DNA from: Pseudomonadales bacterium
GTDB lineage: Bacteria > Pseudomonadota > Gammaproteobacteria > Pseudomonadales > UBA7239
Direction of reading: 5' to 3'
Length of the DNA stretch: 64,000 bases
Assembly: GCA_041395665.1 (NCBI GenBank)
Contig: JAWLAB010000004.1
Coordinates: 42,227 to 106,226, forward strand
A program made the position numbers and the translations under genes. This document shows, piece by piece, positions 1-11,895 of this stretch. A model generated the notes under the pieces. That model had not been told where the DNA came from and made no database searches. It saw only the letters and a list, made by a program, of their open reading frames with translations. Numbering within the stretch: position 1 is the first letter of the stretch; every line of letters starts with the position of its first letter.

Positions 1-330
1 GCCATTGAAAAGGCCATCATGATTTCTGATTTAGGCTTGAATCCCAACACTGCAGGTGCAGTGATTCGCATTCCAATGCCGGCATTAACGGAAGAAACGC
101 GCAGAAACTTTATCAAACACGCTAAAGCGGAAGCCGAAACAGCGCGCGTTTCGGTGCGTAATATTCGCCGCGATGCCAATGCACAGCTCAAAGATTTGTT
201 GAAAGAAAAAGCGATCAGCGAAGATGATGATCGCCGCGCGCAAGATGAAGTGCAGAAAATCACCGATAAGTACATTGCTGAAATTGATAAGGCGTTCTCG
301 GTGAAAGAGAGAGATTTGACAGAAATTTAA
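1..330 (+). CDS. frr: Ribosome recycling factor, C-terminal part (5' end outside the window)
   Basis: Open frame from base 1. Translation ...[56 protein letters not shown]... is typical Frr. Position upstream of uppS-cdsA matches the conserved synteny. Confidence 0.93.
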   Translation, partial: AIEKAIMISDLGLNPNTAGAVIRIPMPALTEETRRNFIKHAKAEAETARVSVRNIRRDANAQLKDLLKEKAISEDDDRRAQDEVQKITDKYIAEIDKAFSVKERDLTEI

Positions 331-354
331 ATCTGTCGAGATATTGAAGCGCGT

Positions 355-1095
355 ATGACAACTCCTGCTGTGAAATCTGCAAAATTGCAGCACATTGCTC
401 TGATTATGGATGGCAATAATCGCTGGGCAAAACAGCGTAGTTTGCCCGGTGTGGCTGGCCACAAGAAAGGTGTTGAACGGGTGCGTGATGTGCTCGGTGC
501 TGCAAAAGATGCAGGAGTGCCTTACATAACCGTTTTTGCTTTTAGTTCAGAAAACTGGCAGAGACCATCGAAAGAAGTGGATGCATTGATGGGTTTGTTC
601 TCGCTGTATCTTTCTAATGAAAAGAAAAAAATGAAAGAGGAGAGTGTAAGCCTGAGGGTTATTGGTGATCGCACTCGGTTTTCGCCAAAATTATTGAAGC
701 TTATTGATGAGGCTGAAGCGTTTACTGCTGGTGGTGAACGCGTGCTGTCGATTGCTGCCGATTATGGTGGTCGTTGGGATATCACCAATACGGCAAGAAA
801 ATTGGCGGAAGCTTGTGTGCGTGGTGATATGACGCCAGCCGACATTGATGAGCAGTTGGTCAATCGAACCATGAGTTTGGGTGATTTACCGCCAGTGGAT
901 TTATTGATACGCACCGGTGGTGAAAAGCGCATCAGTAACTTTTTGCTGTGGCATGCTGCTTATGCTGAACTGTATTTTTCGGATTTGTTTTGGCCCGATT
1001 TTGATGCGGATGCGATGCGCGTTGCCATCAGTGATTTCTATACGCGCCAACGCCGTTTTGGTTTGTCTGGCGATCAGGTAAGTGCCGGTGCTTAA
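355..1095 (+). CDS. uppS: Undecaprenyl diphosphate synthase (isoprenyl transferase)
   Basis: 246-aa ORF. Contains HIALIMDGNNRWA and the IRTGGEKRISNFLLW motif typical of cis-prenyltransferases. Lies in frr-uppS-cdsA synteny. Confidence 0.95.
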   Translation: MTTPAVKSAKLQHIALIMDGNNRWAKQRSLPGVAGHKKGVERVRDVLGAAKDAGVPYITVFAFSSENWQRPSKEVDALMGLFSLYLSNEKKKMKEESVSLRVIGDRTRFSPKLLKLIDEAEAFTAGGERVLSIAADYGGRWDITNTARKLAEACVRGDMTPADIDEQLVNRTMSLGDLPPVDLLIRTGGEKRISNFLLWHAAYAELYFSDLFWPDFDADAMRVAISDFYTRQRRFGLSGDQVSAGA

Positions 1096-1909
1096 AACAC
1101 GAATCATCACGGCGTGTTGTTTGGCGGCTGGATTGGCTGTTGTATTGTTGTTATTTTCATTTCACGCTTTTGTTGCACTGTTCTCATTGATTTTTTTGGT
1201 AGCTGCTGGCGAGTGGGCCAATATGGTGGGTTTGGCACAGCGTGGCCAGCAAGTTGCTTATGCTGGTGTGATGGCTTGTGCGATGTTGGCTTTGTTTTTT
1301 TTAGACGCGTATCAGGCGGGAAGTGTTTTAACTGTCAGTTTAGCTTTGTCTGTATTGGGCTGGGTTTTAACATTTGTTGCTGTTCGTCGTTATCCCAATG
1401 TCAAACTATTCGAGCATCCTAATGTTTTGTTGTTTTTAGGATTTTGGTTGTTACTGCCGGCTTGGCTTGGCATGTTGTTTTTGCAGCCTTTAGTGGCGCA
1501 CAGTGGTTTAGTTTGGTTGGTGATTGCCATTATTGCAGCAGCCGATATTGGCGCTTATTTTGCGGGTCGTCGTTTTGGAAAACATAAGTTGGCAGAGCGT
1601 GTCAGCCCAAATAAAACATGGGAAGGTTTTTGGGGTGGTGTTTTAGCGAATATTGTTTTAGCTGTGTTGGTGGCTGTGTTTTGTAATGTAAGCGTACTCA
1701 AAAGCTTTGTGTTGATTGTATCTGTGATGCTCATTTCTTGCGCTTCTGTGCTGGGAGATTTGTTTGAAAGCATGGTGAAGCGTGCGCGCGGTATTAAAGA
1801 CAGCAGTCAATTGTTGCCAGGGCACGGCGGCGTGATGGATCGTATCGACGGCTGGACAGCGGCTGTGCCTGTGTTTGCTTTGCTGTATTTGTGGGGCGCT
1901 GTGTTATGA
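1082..1909 (+). CDS. cdsA: Phosphatidate cytidylyltransferase
   Basis: 275-aa polytopic membrane ORF. C-terminal SxxKRxxxxKDSxxxxPGHGGxxDRxD signature ([28 protein letters not shown]). GTG start overlaps the uppS end. Confidence 0.93.
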   Translation: MPVLKTRIITACCLAAGLAVVLLLFSFHAFVALFSLIFLVAAGEWANMVGLAQRGQQVAYAGVMACAMLALFFLDAYQAGSVLTVSLALSVLGWVLTFVAVRRYPNVKLFEHPNVLLFLGFWLLLPAWLGMLFLQPLVAHSGLVWLVIAIIAAADIGAYFAGRRFGKHKLAERVSPNKTWEGFWGGVLANIVLAVLVAVFCNVSVLKSFVLIVSVMLISCASVLGDLFESMVKRARGIKDSSQLLPGHGGVMDRIDGWTAAVPVFALLYLWGAVL

Positions 1910-3090
1910 GTGCTGTGCAGTCCATTACTGTTTTGGGTTCCACCGGTTCTATTGGCGTTAGCTCTTTGGATGTGGTCGCACAGCATCCCAATCGCTACAA
2001 AATTTTTGCGCTAACCGCCAATCAGCGTATTGATGTTTTGCTCGCGCAGTGCAAACAGTTTGTGCCGCAGTTTGCTGTAGTGGCGGATGTCAATGCAGCA
2101 GAGAAATTTGCACAAATGTTGCAGCAAGCTGGATTGGCGACAGAGGTGTTGTCTGGTGTAGACGGCTTAGAGTTTGTCGCTGCGCATCAATCTGTTGATA
2201 CAGTGATGGCGGCAATTGTGGGTTTTGCTGGCTTGGCGCCCACGCTGGCTGCTGTGAATGCTGGCAAAAAAATCCTGCTGGCAAATAAAGAAGCTTTAGT
2301 ATGTGCTGGGCATTTATTTGTGCAGGCGGTGCAAAAATCTGGTGCAACGCTGTTGCCTATCGACAGCGAACACAATGCTATTTTTCAGTGTTTGCCTTAC
2401 GGGAAATCTTTGCAGGATGCCGGTGTTAATCGTTTAATTTTGACAGCATCCGGCGGACCATTTCGCCATGCATCGTTAGAAGAAATGCGTGCTGTAACGC
2501 CGCAACAAGCGTGTGCACATCCCAATTGGAGCATGGGGCAAAAAATTTCTGTCGATTCTGCAACGATGATGAATAAAGGTTTGGAGTTGATCGAAGCGTG
2601 TCGCTTGTTTGATATTGCACATGACAAAGTGGACATTGTGGTGCATCCGCAAAGCATCGTGCATTCGATGGTGGAATATGTGGATGGCTCCACGCTCGCG
2701 CAATTAGGCTGTCCTGATATGCGCACGCCAATTGCGTACGGTTTAGCGTGGCCTGAACGCATTGATGCTGGCGTGCAGCGTTTGAATTTTGCTTCTGCTA
2801 TGCAACTGGAGTTTTTTCCGCCAGATGAAGTGCGCTTTCCTGCGTTGCGTTTAGCGCGCGAAGTCTTACAAAAAGAAGGCAGTGCGCCAGCCGTTTTGAA
2901 TGCAGCGAACGAAGTGGGAGTGGCCGCATTTTTGGCAGAGCAGTTACCGTTTACAGGCATTGTTGAAGTGGTTGAGCGCGTGTTGTGTGCGTTGGCTGAT
3001 CTCCCTGTTGCGCCTGATATAGCAGCTTTGATTGCTGTCGATAGCAAGGCGAGAGCGCAAGCCGAATACGAGGTGGCAAGTTATGGCTGA
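1906..3090 (+). CDS. dxr: 1-deoxy-D-xylulose 5-phosphate reductoisomerase
   Basis: [22 protein letters not shown]-binding N-terminus plus [14 protein letters not shown] and HPNWSMG motifs. I prefer the ATG at 1906 over the 1891 track start. Confidence 0.95.
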   Translation: MSAVQSITVLGSTGSIGVSSLDVVAQHPNRYKIFALTANQRIDVLLAQCKQFVPQFAVVADVNAAEKFAQMLQQAGLATEVLSGVDGLEFVAAHQSVDTVMAAIVGFAGLAPTLAAVNAGKKILLANKEALVCAGHLFVQAVQKSGATLLPIDSEHNAIFQCLPYGKSLQDAGVNRLILTASGGPFRHASLEEMRAVTPQQACAHPNWSMGQKISVDSATMMNKGLELIEACRLFDIAHDKVDIVVHPQSIVHSMVEYVDGSTLAQLGCPDMRTPIAYGLAWPERIDAGVQRLNFASAMQLEFFPPDEVRFPALRLAREVLQKEGSAPAVLNAANEVGVAAFLAEQLPFTGIVEVVERVLCALADLPVAPDIAALIAVDSKARAQAEYEVASYG

Positions 3091-4468
3091 TGCAACCGCG
3101 ATTTGGCAATCCATGGCAGGATTTTTTTGGTCAACTGGTGCTTTTATTGTGGCGATTGCTGTTTTGGTCGCTGTGCATGAGTTTGGTCATTTCTGGGTTG
3201 CCCGTAAGTTGGGCGTCAAAGTCTTACGGTTTTCCATTGGCTTCGGAAAAGCATTGTGGTGCCGCACAGATAAAACGGGCTGTGAGTTTGTGGTAGCTGC
3301 TATCCCTTTGGGTGGCTATGTCAAAATGCTGGACGAGCGCGAAGCGCCTGTCGCTGAGGCTGAATTGCATTGCAGCTTTAATCGCCAACCTGTGTGGAAG
3401 CGCAGCTTGATCGTACTGGCCGGGCCTATGGCTAATTTTTTGCTGGCCGCTATTTTATTCTCGATACTGTTTTCTGGCAGTCAGCTGAGCTTGGCACCGA
3501 CTGTCGGTAAAGTTACGCCCGATTCATTGGCCGCGCGTGCTGGCATGCAAGCAGGGCAAGAAATCATTGCTGTGGATGGTGTTGCAACTGTTTCTCGGGC
3601 CGATGTTTTGGAGGCGTTGATTGCTCGTATTGGTGATACGGGTGATTTGGCAATCACTGTGCGCTTTGCCGAGAATGAAACAACCTATGAATTGTTGGTT
3701 GGGCTACAGAGTTGGTTGGCCGATACAGAGGTGCCGGATCCCATTGCAGGGTTGGGATTCCAGTTTTATGAACCACCTTTTGTACTGGTGCGCGATGTGC
3801 TGCCAGAAGGTAGGGCAGCACAGGCTGGGCTACGAGCCGAAGATGTGATTGAAACGCTGGATGGCCAAGCGGTTGAAGGGATTGAAACTTGGCTTGGAAG
3901 CGTGCGAAGCAAGCCAGAGCAAGCGCTAAAGTTGGGTGTGCGCCGCGAAGGTGTATTGAAGGAGATAGTCGTAAAGCCGGCAAAAGTTATTGATTCAAAA
4001 GGGGAAGTTATAGGTCAAATTGGTGCGCAAATTGGCTCTCCTCCCATGGATGAGCGTTACATTCGCTATACGCGTAAGTCACCATTACAGGCTTTGCACC
4101 AAGGCATTACAGAGACTCTCAGCCAGTCAAAGCTTTTGTTGGTTACGCTACAAAAGTTGTTTGTTGGACATCTGTCACCAAAGAACTTGAGTGGTCCCCT
4201 CGGCATTGCTAAAGTGGCCGGCGATTCGGCGGAGCACGGCTTGGCTGTGTTTTGCCGTATGCTTGCCGTTCTTAGCATTAATTTGGGTGTCGTGAATTTG
4301 CTGCCCATCCCCGTGTTGGATGGCGGCTTGCTGCTGCTCTATTTGATCGAGGCAGCTAAAGGCAGTCCTGTGCCAGAGAAAGTTCAGTTATTAGGTACTC
4401 AAATTGGCATGGCATTAATAGCCAGTTTGATGGTGTTTGCTATTTATAACGATGTGTTGCGCTTGTAG
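3083..4468 (+). CDS. rseP: RIP zinc metalloprotease RseP (site-2 protease)
   Basis: [14 protein letters not shown] (HExxH) motif, PDZ-like middle region, and C-terminal [11 protein letters not shown] motif. GAGGTGG Shine-Dalgarno precedes the ATG at 3083. ATG 3113 is an alternative start. Confidence 0.92.
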   Translation: MADATAIWQSMAGFFWSTGAFIVAIAVLVAVHEFGHFWVARKLGVKVLRFSIGFGKALWCRTDKTGCEFVVAAIPLGGYVKMLDEREAPVAEAELHCSFNRQPVWKRSLIVLAGPMANFLLAAILFSILFSGSQLSLAPTVGKVTPDSLAARAGMQAGQEIIAVDGVATVSRADVLEALIARIGDTGDLAITVRFAENETTYELLVGLQSWLADTEVPDPIAGLGFQFYEPPFVLVRDVLPEGRAAQAGLRAEDVIETLDGQAVEGIETWLGSVRSKPEQALKLGVRREGVLKEIVVKPAKVIDSKGEVIGQIGAQIGSPPMDERYIRYTRKSPLQALHQGITETLSQSKLLLVTLQKLFVGHLSPKNLSGPLGIAKVAGDSAEHGLAVFCRMLAVLSINLGVVNLLPIPVLDGGLLLLYLIEAAKGSPVPEKVQLLGTQIGMALIASLMVFAIYNDVLRL

Positions 4469-4551
4469 CTGTACGCCGTTGTGTTGAGAAAATAAAGCGT
4501 TGATTAATGTGTTTGCGCTTGGGTGCAAACAAGGGATTCTGAGTGATTGAG

Positions 4552-7165
4552 ATGTTGAAAAAACTAGTATTGTTAGCTGGGCTGTTAATGGCTTTGGCTG
4601 CGTCTGTTGTACATGCGGAAGGCACCTTCAAAATTGCAGATATTCGTATCGACGGTTTGCAACGCGTTTCACCAGGTTCTGTGTTTGCTGCGCTACCTGT
4701 TAGTACCGGTGATGAAATCGAATTCAGTCAACTACAAGAATTAACGCGTGCATTGTTTCGTACGGGCTACTTTGACGATATTCAAATTAATCGCGATCAC
4801 GATGTGTTGGTTATTAAAGTGGTGGAGCGCCCAACCATTGCGGAAATTAGTATTTCTGGCAACAAGTTGATCAAAACGGAAGAATTAAGTAGTGCCTTAA
4901 AAAAAGCGGGCATGACAGAAGGGCAAATCTATAAGCCATCAACACTTGAGGCGATGGGTTCTGAATTAGAAAGGCAGTATGTCGGTCAAGGGCGTTACGG
5001 TGCAAAAGTAAAAACAGAAGTGCGCGAGTTGCCGCGTAATCGAGTCGGTATTTCTATTGGGATCGACGAAGGAGAAGTGGCGCGTATCAAGGCTATTAAT
5101 ATTATCGGTAACAGCGTTTTCGCCACAGAAGATTTATTGGATTTGTTTCAGTCTGAGCCTTCAAATTGGTTGTCGTGGGCTACTAGTAATGACAAATATG
5201 CTCGTGAAAAAATGGAGGGAGATTTAGAGCGGTTGCGTTCTTATTATATGGATCGTGGCTATTTGCGTTTCGATATTGAGTCCACGCAAGTGTCTTTGTC
5301 TGATGATAAAGAGGCTATTTTTATTACAGTGAATATTCATGAAGGTGATGTTTATACGGTCAGCCAAATTGATTTTTCTGGTCAGCTGATTGTGCCGGAA
5401 GAAGAAATGCACAGCTTAGTGACATTAAAGCAGGGCGAAACTTTTTCACAAGTTAACTTGACTAACTCGCAGACGGCACTTTCAAAGCGTTTGGGAAGTG
5501 AGGGGTACACCTACGCTGAGGTGAAATCCATTCCTGAAAGAAACGAAGCGGATAAAACAGTAAAAATTACTTTCTCCGTCATTCCGCATCATCGTGTTTA
5601 TGTCAATCGAATCAACTTTAGAGGTAACACGAAAACTTCAGATGAAGTGTTGCGTCGAGAAATGCGTCAAATGGAATCTGCAACGGCTGATTCTTCAAAA
5701 ATTGAGCAGTCAAAAACGCGTTTGGAGCGTCTGGGGTATTTTAAAACGGTTGATGTGAAAACAACGGATGTGCCGGGAACCGGTGATCAAATCGATGTGG
5801 AGTACGCAGTAGAAGAGCAGCCTTCTGGCAGCATCGGTGCAAGTATCGGTTTTGCACAAGGATCGGGATTGATTCTGGGTGGAAGTATTCAGCAGGATAA
5901 TTTCTTGGGAACAGGGAAAAAAGTTGGCTTAAATATCAGCACCAGCTCTTACATGGACCAAATCAGTTTTTCTTATATGGATCCTTATTACACGGCAGAT
6001 GGAGTTAGTCGCGGTTTTAATGTGTATTACACCTCTCGTGATTTAGAAAACTACAACGTTGCTGATTATTCAGTCGATAGTTACGGCGTAGATATGAATT
6101 TTGGATACCCTATTTCTGAAATTGAAAGATTGGGCTTTGGTGTGGGCTATGTACACAACTCTATTAAAGTAGGCTCTTCTCCCCCACAGGAAATATCTGG
6201 TACTCCTGCATCGATTCCAGATCCTAGTATTCCCTATGTTGATCAATCATGCTTGTCTGATCTCACTACTTGTGCGCCGCAGTCACCTGTTGACGGTGTG
6301 TACACGGGTATGACGGCTGGACCCGCTTACAAAGGCTTCTTGGATCGCCATGGAAATAGCTTTGATGACATCAAATTAACGGCAACATGGAGCCAGTCCA
6401 CGCTCAATAAAGCTAAATTACCCACGAGTGGTTTTTCACAGAGCCTTGCATTTGAAGGAACCGCTCCTGGTATTAGTGATCTTGAATATTTCAAAGCGGT
6501 TTATCGCGGTCAGGTCTTTAAGCCGCTTAACGATAAATACACGCTGAGATTCCGTGGGCGTTTTGGTTTTGGTGCCGGCTATGGCGGTACGGACGAGTTG
6601 CCCTTTTTTGAAAACTTTTATGCAGGTGGATTTGGCTCGGTTCGTGGGTATAAGCGAAATACATTAGGGCCGCGCGGAACACCTGCTCGTGCGTATCAAT
6701 ACGCGGTCATGCCTGATGGGCAGTTAGCCTATGTTGCGAGAACTTCTGCTTCAGGCGATGAAACCCTGGTAGAGGGCATTTCCTACGACGGCAATGATGA
6801 TCCTGTTGGTGGAAATGTTGTCATAGACGGCAGTGTTGAACTGATTGTTCCCACGCCGTTTGTGAAGGATCAATCCTCTATGCAGACTTCAGTATTCTTT
6901 GATTTTGGTAATGTATACGACACCACTTGTAGTGATGCAGTGCCCACTATTGTTGGCGCTAATGTCGTCGAGACCTTACGGTGGCAAACAAGTCAATTGC
7001 TCTGGCTTGAGCTTTAGCCCCGGAGATTTGCGCTATTCAACTGGTGTTGGCTTGACATGGGTGACTGGTTTTGGACCGCTGATGTTTAGTGTGGCGAAGC
7101 CGCTGAATGCGGGTAGCGATGATGAGTCCGAGGTGTTCCAATTCTCAATGGGGCAAACTTTCTAA
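4552..7165 (+). CDS. bamA: Outer membrane protein assembly factor BamA, interrupted by one frame shift near 6955-6975
   Basis: Signal peptide MLKKLVLLAGLLMALAASVVHA, POTRA repeats, then beta-barrel. The 824-aa ORF stops at 7017. The canonical BamA C-terminus (GDLRYSTGVGLTWVTGFGPLMFSVAKPLNAGSDDESEVFQFSMGQTF) continues in another frame to 7165. Confidence 0.9.
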
Positions 7166-7243
7166 AAAAGTCACGATTTCTTGATGTTGTTTTGTGTAGC
7201 ATGAACGGCTGTTTTTTTAACTGATGTAATGTGGGGTTGTACT

Positions 7244-7746
7244 GTGAAAAGAATGATGAGAACGGTAGTTGCTGTTGTTGCTTTGATGTCTGTATCAGTA
7301 GTATTTGCTGATGGTGGTAAAGTGGCTGTACTAGATGTGCAAGAAGCTATTTTGAATACCAGCATGGCTAAATCTGAAATGAAAGCTTTTGAAGCGCGCT
7401 CAGATATTTCAAAATGATCAATGATGCAGAAAAACTCAAAAAAGATATTTCCAATTTGCGCACAGACCTTGAGAAAGGTGGTAGTCAAGAAAAACAAAAA
7501 ACAATTGAATTCAAGCAGGCTGATTTTGAATTGATTGTGCGTAAATTGAATGCAGAACGTCAGGTAGCTGGTAAGCGTTTAATGGATAACATTGGTCCTC
7601 GTTTAGAAAGTGCAGTAAAAAGCATTGTCGATTCTGAAGGTATTGGCCTGTTGTTAGATAGAAAAGCAGTCATTCATGCCAATGGATCTTTCGATATCAC
7701 GGCAAAAGTGACAGATAAATTAAATACATCATCCAGTAAGAAATAA
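7244..7746 (+). CDS. skp: Periplasmic chaperone Skp (OmpH), split by a frame shift at the A-run 7411-7414
   Basis: Two adjacent ORFs (7229-7417, 7414-7746) together form a signal peptide plus a coiled-coil Skp-like protein. Adding one A to caaaatg restores ...SDISKMINDAEKLKKD.... Position between bamA and lpxD is canonical. Confidence 0.85.
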
Positions 7747-7748
7747 AA

Positions 7749-8804
7749 ATGTCGCGAGGATATACGCTCGCTGAGATTGCCGAGCGTCTCTCCCTAACTT
7801 TATCGGGAGTTTCGGCGCTCGATGCAAGCCAGCGAGTTGTTCGCGGCCTTGCAACACTCGCTGCTGCAAATAATGAGCGTGTCAGTTTTTTTTCAAATCC
7901 AGCTTACCGTAACCAACTGCAATCAACGCAAGCGGCCGCCGTCATACTCAAATCTGAATTGGTTGCAGATTGCCCAGTACCTTGTTTGATTTCTGAAAAT
8001 CCCTATCTGGACTATGCGCGACTCTCTTCGTTGTTTGCTGAGGCGCCCTATACAAATGTAGGTATTCATCCTAGCGCTGTTGTGGCCGCATCGGCTCAAG
8101 TCGCAACGACGGCTGTTATTGGTGCGCACTGTGTGGTTTCTGAAAATGCAGTCATCGGCAACGGTGTTGTGCTTGGAGCTGGCTGTTTTGTTGGGAGAGG
8201 TAGTACCGTTGGTGCGAATAGCTTGATACACCCGCGCGTGACGATATATCACAATGTACAAGTTGGTGAGAATTGCATTCTGCATAGTGGAGTTGTTATT
8301 GGTGCAGATGGATTTGGTTTTGCCCCCAATTTTTCTGATCAAGAAAGCAATGGTTGGCAAAAAATTCATCAATTGGGTGGTGTGGTAATTGGTAACCGTG
8401 TTGAGATTGGTGCGAACACTTGTATTGATCGCGGTGCATTGGATGATACCGTGATTGAGGATGGCGTTATCATCGATAACCTTGTGCAAATTGCGCACAA
8501 TGTGAAGATTGGTAAGTACACGGCCATCGCGGCCTGCACGGGCATCGCTGGCAGTACAGAAATTGGTGAACATTGCACGATTGCTGGAGCGGTGGGTATT
8601 GTCGGGCATTTGCGTATTGCTGATCGTGTGCACATCACCGCAAAAAGTTTGGTGACTGGTTCGATTACAGAAGCGGGCTCATATTCATCGGGAACCGCGC
8701 TGACAAAAACAGCCGCTTGGCGCAAAAGTGCAGTGCGGTTTTTACAGTTGGAGTCTTTGTTTCAGCGCGTGCGAGCACTCGAAAATAAACGCAATCATTC
8801 GTAG
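7749..8804 (+). CDS. lpxD: UDP-3-O-(3-hydroxyacyl)glucosamine N-acyltransferase
   Basis: 351 aa with long left-handed beta-helix hexapeptide repeats. N-terminus YTLAEIAERL is typical LpxD. Lies in skp-lpxD-fabZ-lpxA synteny. Confidence 0.94.
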   Translation: MSRGYTLAEIAERLSLTLSGVSALDASQRVVRGLATLAAANNERVSFFSNPAYRNQLQSTQAAAVILKSELVADCPVPCLISENPYLDYARLSSLFAEAPYTNVGIHPSAVVAASAQVATTAVIGAHCVVSENAVIGNGVVLGAGCFVGRGSTVGANSLIHPRVTIYHNVQVGENCILHSGVVIGADGFGFAPNFSDQESNGWQKIHQLGGVVIGNRVEIGANTCIDRGALDDTVIEDGVIIDNLVQIAHNVKIGKYTAIAACTGIAGSTEIGEHCTIAGAVGIVGHLRIADRVHITAKSLVTGSITEAGSYSSGTALTKTAAWRKSAVRFLQLESLFQRVRALENKRNHS

Positions 8805-8832
8805 TTTTTACGATTTATAAAAGGTAATAAAT

Positions 8833-9273
8833 ATGTTGATGGATGTAAAAGAAATTCGCGAATATTTGCCGCATCGCTATCCATTTCTTTTGGTGGATCG
8901 CGTTGTGGAGTTGAAAGAGGGCGAATCGATTGTTGCTTTCAAAAATATCACCATCAATGAGGCTATTTTTAATGGCCACTTTCCCGATATTCCGGTATTT
9001 CCTGGCGTTTTAATTATTGAAGCAATGGCGCAGGCTGCTGGTATTCTTGGCTTCAAAACCATGAATAAAAAGCCGCAGGACGGTTCTATTTATTATTTTG
9101 TCGGTGCGGATGATGTGCGCTTCAAGCGCCCTGTTGTACCGGGGGATCGCTTGCGTTTGGAAGCGAGTATTATTTCTGAGAAGCGTGGTATTTGGAAATT
9201 TGCTTGCCGCGCTTTTGTTGATGATGAGTTGGCCAGTGAAGGCACTATTTTGTGTGCTGATCGCAAAGTGTGA
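8833..9273 (+). CDS. fabZ: 3-hydroxyacyl-ACP dehydratase FabZ
   Basis: 146 aa. [13 protein letters not shown] and [20 protein letters not shown] hot-dog fold motifs. Confidence 0.96.
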   Translation: MLMDVKEIREYLPHRYPFLLVDRVVELKEGESIVAFKNITINEAIFNGHFPDIPVFPGVLIIEAMAQAAGILGFKTMNKKPQDGSIYYFVGADDVRFKRPVVPGDRLRLEASIISEKRGIWKFACRAFVDDELASEGTILCADRKV

Positions 9274-9281
9274 GCGCAGTA

Positions 9282-10052
9282 ATGATTGATCCTCGTGCCA
9301 TTGTTGATCCTCAAGCACGTCTAGCCAACGATGTAAAGGTCGGGCCGTGGACAATCATCGGGCCTGGTGTAGAAATTGGCGAAGGTACAGAAGTTGCCTC
9401 GCATTGTGTTTTGAAAGGCCCAACCGTTATTGGCAAACACAATCGCATTTTTCAATTTTCAACGGTGGGCGAGGATACGCCAGATTTGAAATACCGCGGT
9501 GAAGAAACGCGTTTAGTGATTGGCGATCACAATGTGATTCGTGAAGGCGTCACGATTCACCGCGGTACGATTCAAGACCGTGCTGAAACAACGATTGGCA
9601 ACCATAATTTGTTGATGGCGTATGTGCATGTCGGGCATGACAGTGTGATTGGCGATCATACAATTTTGGTCAATAACACAGCGTTAGCTGGCCATGTGCG
9701 CGTGAATGACTGGGCAATATTGGGCGGCTATACACTGGTGCATCAACGCGTCAGCATTGGCGCGCACGCATTTACCGGCATGGGAACTGCTGTGGGCAAA
9801 GACATTCCTGCCTTTGTGTTGGCGTATGGTAATCCTGCAGAAGCGCGCGGAATTAATCTCGAAGGCTTAAAGCGACGCGGCTTTACGCGTGAACAATTGA
9901 CAGTGCTTAATCGTGCATACAAAGCAGTTTATCGTGAAGGTTTAACGCTGGAAGAGGCGCTGTCTGAGTTGGAAGTCATGCATTCTGATTGCCCGCCGCT
10001 CGATATTTTTATTGAATCTTTGCGCGGATCAACGCGTGGCATTGTTCGTTAG
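9282..10052 (+). CDS. lpxA: Acyl-ACP--UDP-N-acetylglucosamine O-acyltransferase
   Basis: Starts MIDPRAIVDP like E. coli LpxA (MIDKSAFVHP). Hexapeptide repeats and the DLKYRGEETRLVIGDHNVIREGVTIHRGT block. GTG 9270 is an alternative start. Confidence 0.95.
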   Translation: MIDPRAIVDPQARLANDVKVGPWTIIGPGVEIGEGTEVASHCVLKGPTVIGKHNRIFQFSTVGEDTPDLKYRGEETRLVIGDHNVIREGVTIHRGTIQDRAETTIGNHNLLMAYVHVGHDSVIGDHTILVNNTALAGHVRVNDWAILGGYTLVHQRVSIGAHAFTGMGTAVGKDIPAFVLAYGNPAEARGINLEGLKRRGFTREQLTVLNRAYKAVYREGLTLEEALSELEVMHSDCPPLDIFIESLRGSTRGIVR

Positions 10053-10063
10053 TTGAATATTTT

Positions 10064-11227
10064 GTGAGTGCTAGAAACTTTCGTGTGGGAATTGTTGCTG
10101 GCGAAGCTTCTGGCGACATTCTTGGCGCAGGCTTAATTCGAGCACTGCGTGAGTGTTATCCCGGCTTGCAAGTAGAAGGTATTGGCGGTCCATTGATGTT
10201 GGCGGAAGGCTGTCACAGCTTTTTTGCTCAAGATCGTCTGGCTGTGATGGGTTTAATTGAACCACTCAAACGCCTGCCAGAGTTATTGCGCATTCGACGA
10301 TTTCTGCGTGAACATTTTTTGGCAAATCCGCCGGATGTTTTTATTGGTATTGATTCGCCTGATTTTAATATGTCGCTGGAAGAGTCTTTGTGTGTAGCGG
10401 GTATTAAGACGGTTCATTATGTCAGCCCTTCTGTATGGGCTTGGCGACAAGGTCGCTTAAAGAAAATTGCTCGCGCGACAGATTTAGTTCTAACACTTTT
10501 CCCTTTTGAAGAAAAATTTTATCGCGATAACGCAGATCGCTATCCTTCGTTGCGTGCTGTTTGTGTTGGACATCCCTTGGCGGATAGCATTCCTATGGAG
10601 AGTGACAGTCAGCAGGCGCGAGTAGCTTTATCTATCTCAAGTTCAGCAACAGTGGTTGCATTACTGCCAGGCAGTCGTGCGGGTGAAGTGGAACGCATGG
10701 GGCGTTTATTTTTAGATGCCGCGCGTTGTTGCATTCAGAGAGAAAGAAAATTGTTGTTTGTGATGCCTGCTGCGAATGCTGCGCGTCGGGAGCAATTACA
10801 GGCGATGCTGGCAGATTACTCCGATTTAACTGTGCAATTGGTGGATGGTCAGTCACAGTTGTGCATGGCAGCGAGTGATATCGTATTAATGGCGTCAGGC
10901 ACTACAACATTAGAAGCAATGTTGTTGAAGCGGCCGATGGTAGTGGCGTACAAAATGGCTCGATTGTCATACGCCATTATTTCGCGCTTGTTAAAAGTAC
11001 CTTATGTGTCACTGCCTAACTTGTTGGCGAATAAGTCGTTAGTGCCAGAATTTTTGCAGGATCAAGCAACAGCAGAAAATTTAGCTAGCGCACTGCTCGA
11101 CATATTGCGTGCGCCAAATAAAGTGGTTGATATGCAGCAGGCGTTTGTTGAGATCCACAAAGATATTCGTCGCGATGCCAGCAGAGCGGCAGCTCGTGCA
11201 ATCATCGATTTGCTGCCAAAAGCGTAA
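10064..11227 (+). CDS. lpxB: Lipid-A-disaccharide synthase
   Basis: 387 aa. N-terminus [21 protein letters not shown], plus [10 protein letters not shown] and LLPGSR motifs. Confidence 0.94.
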   Translation: MSARNFRVGIVAGEASGDILGAGLIRALRECYPGLQVEGIGGPLMLAEGCHSFFAQDRLAVMGLIEPLKRLPELLRIRRFLREHFLANPPDVFIGIDSPDFNMSLEESLCVAGIKTVHYVSPSVWAWRQGRLKKIARATDLVLTLFPFEEKFYRDNADRYPSLRAVCVGHPLADSIPMESDSQQARVALSISSSATVVALLPGSRAGEVERMGRLFLDAARCCIQRERKLLFVMPAANAARREQLQAMLADYSDLTVQLVDGQSQLCMAASDIVLMASGTTTLEAMLLKRPMVVAYKMARLSYAIISRLLKVPYVSLPNLLANKSLVPEFLQDQATAENLASALLDILRAPNKVVDMQQAFVEIHKDIRRDASRAAARAIIDLLPKA

Positions 11228-11244
11228 TTGTTGAGATTGCCAGG

Positions 11245-11895
11245 GTGAACGAAGCATATATCTGTTCTTACCAAGATGTTTTGTTGGCCGGCGTGGACGA
11301 AGTGGGGCGCGGGCCATTAGTGGGAGATGTGGTGACGGCTGCCGTAATTTTGAATCCAGAAAAGCCTATTAAAGGATTGGCTGATTCAAAAAAAATTAGC
11401 GAAAAAAAGCGTGAAGCTTTATTTGATGAGATTCAAGAAAAAGCATTGTGCTGGTCGATTGCTCGCGCAACACCAGCAGAAATTGACGCACTAAATATTT
11501 TGCAGGCCAGTTTGTTGGCAATGAAGCGAGCTGTTGAAGCACTACAAATACAACCGGAATTTGTTTTGGTGGATGGCAATCGTTTACCGCAATGGCACTA
11601 TTCGGCAGAAGCGGTAGTGAAAGGCGATAGCCGCGTGCCGGTAATCAGTGCGGCTTCTATTTTGGCAAGGTGCAACGCGATCGGGAAATGTCTGTGCTGG
11701 ATCTGCAATATCCAGACTATGGTTTTGCGATACATAAAGGCTACCCCACCGTGCGGCACATGGAGGCGCTGCAGCGTTTGGGGGCAACACCATTATCGAA
11801 AATCCTACGCGCCGGTCAAGCGTGTTATTTGCGCAGGGCTGAATAACAGATTCCAGTGCGCGATCAAAAAAGATGGAGTCATCCACGATTTCTAA
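11245..11895 (+). CDS. rnhB: Ribonuclease HII with two compensating frame shifts (about 11667 and the G5 run 11780-11784); 3' end uncertain (11846 or 11895)
   Basis: N-terminal [21 protein letters not shown] is RNase HII. After ...AASILA the track frame is nonsense. The conserved [39 protein letters not shown] reads in another frame. The text returns to the first frame for [10 protein letters not shown]. Confidence 0.85.
   Translation: MNEAYICSYQDVLLAGVDEVGRGPLVGDVVTAAVILNPEKPIKGLADSKKISEKKREALFDEIQEKALCWSIARATPAEIDALNILQASLLAMKRAVEALQIQPEFVLVDGNRLPQWHYSAEAVVKGDSRVPVISAASILARCNAIGKCLCWICNIQTMVLRYIKATPPCGTWRRCSVWGQHHYRKSYAPVKRVICAGLNNRFQCAIKKDGVIHDF

Noticed and set aside
2397-3047. 216-aa minus-strand ORF inside dxr; similar cases at 34013-34645 in nuoG, 22082-22681 in ahpF, 32793-33371 across nuoF/nuoG, and 24217-24705 in the AI-2E gene
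   Set aside because: All are antisense or off-frame overlaps of well-supported genes. Their composition is biased and I saw no conserved motifs.
7923-8633. 236-aa and 118-aa minus-strand ORFs inside lpxD
   Set aside because: Hexapeptide-repeat genes generate long stop-free antisense frames. The sense-strand LpxD assignment is unambiguous.
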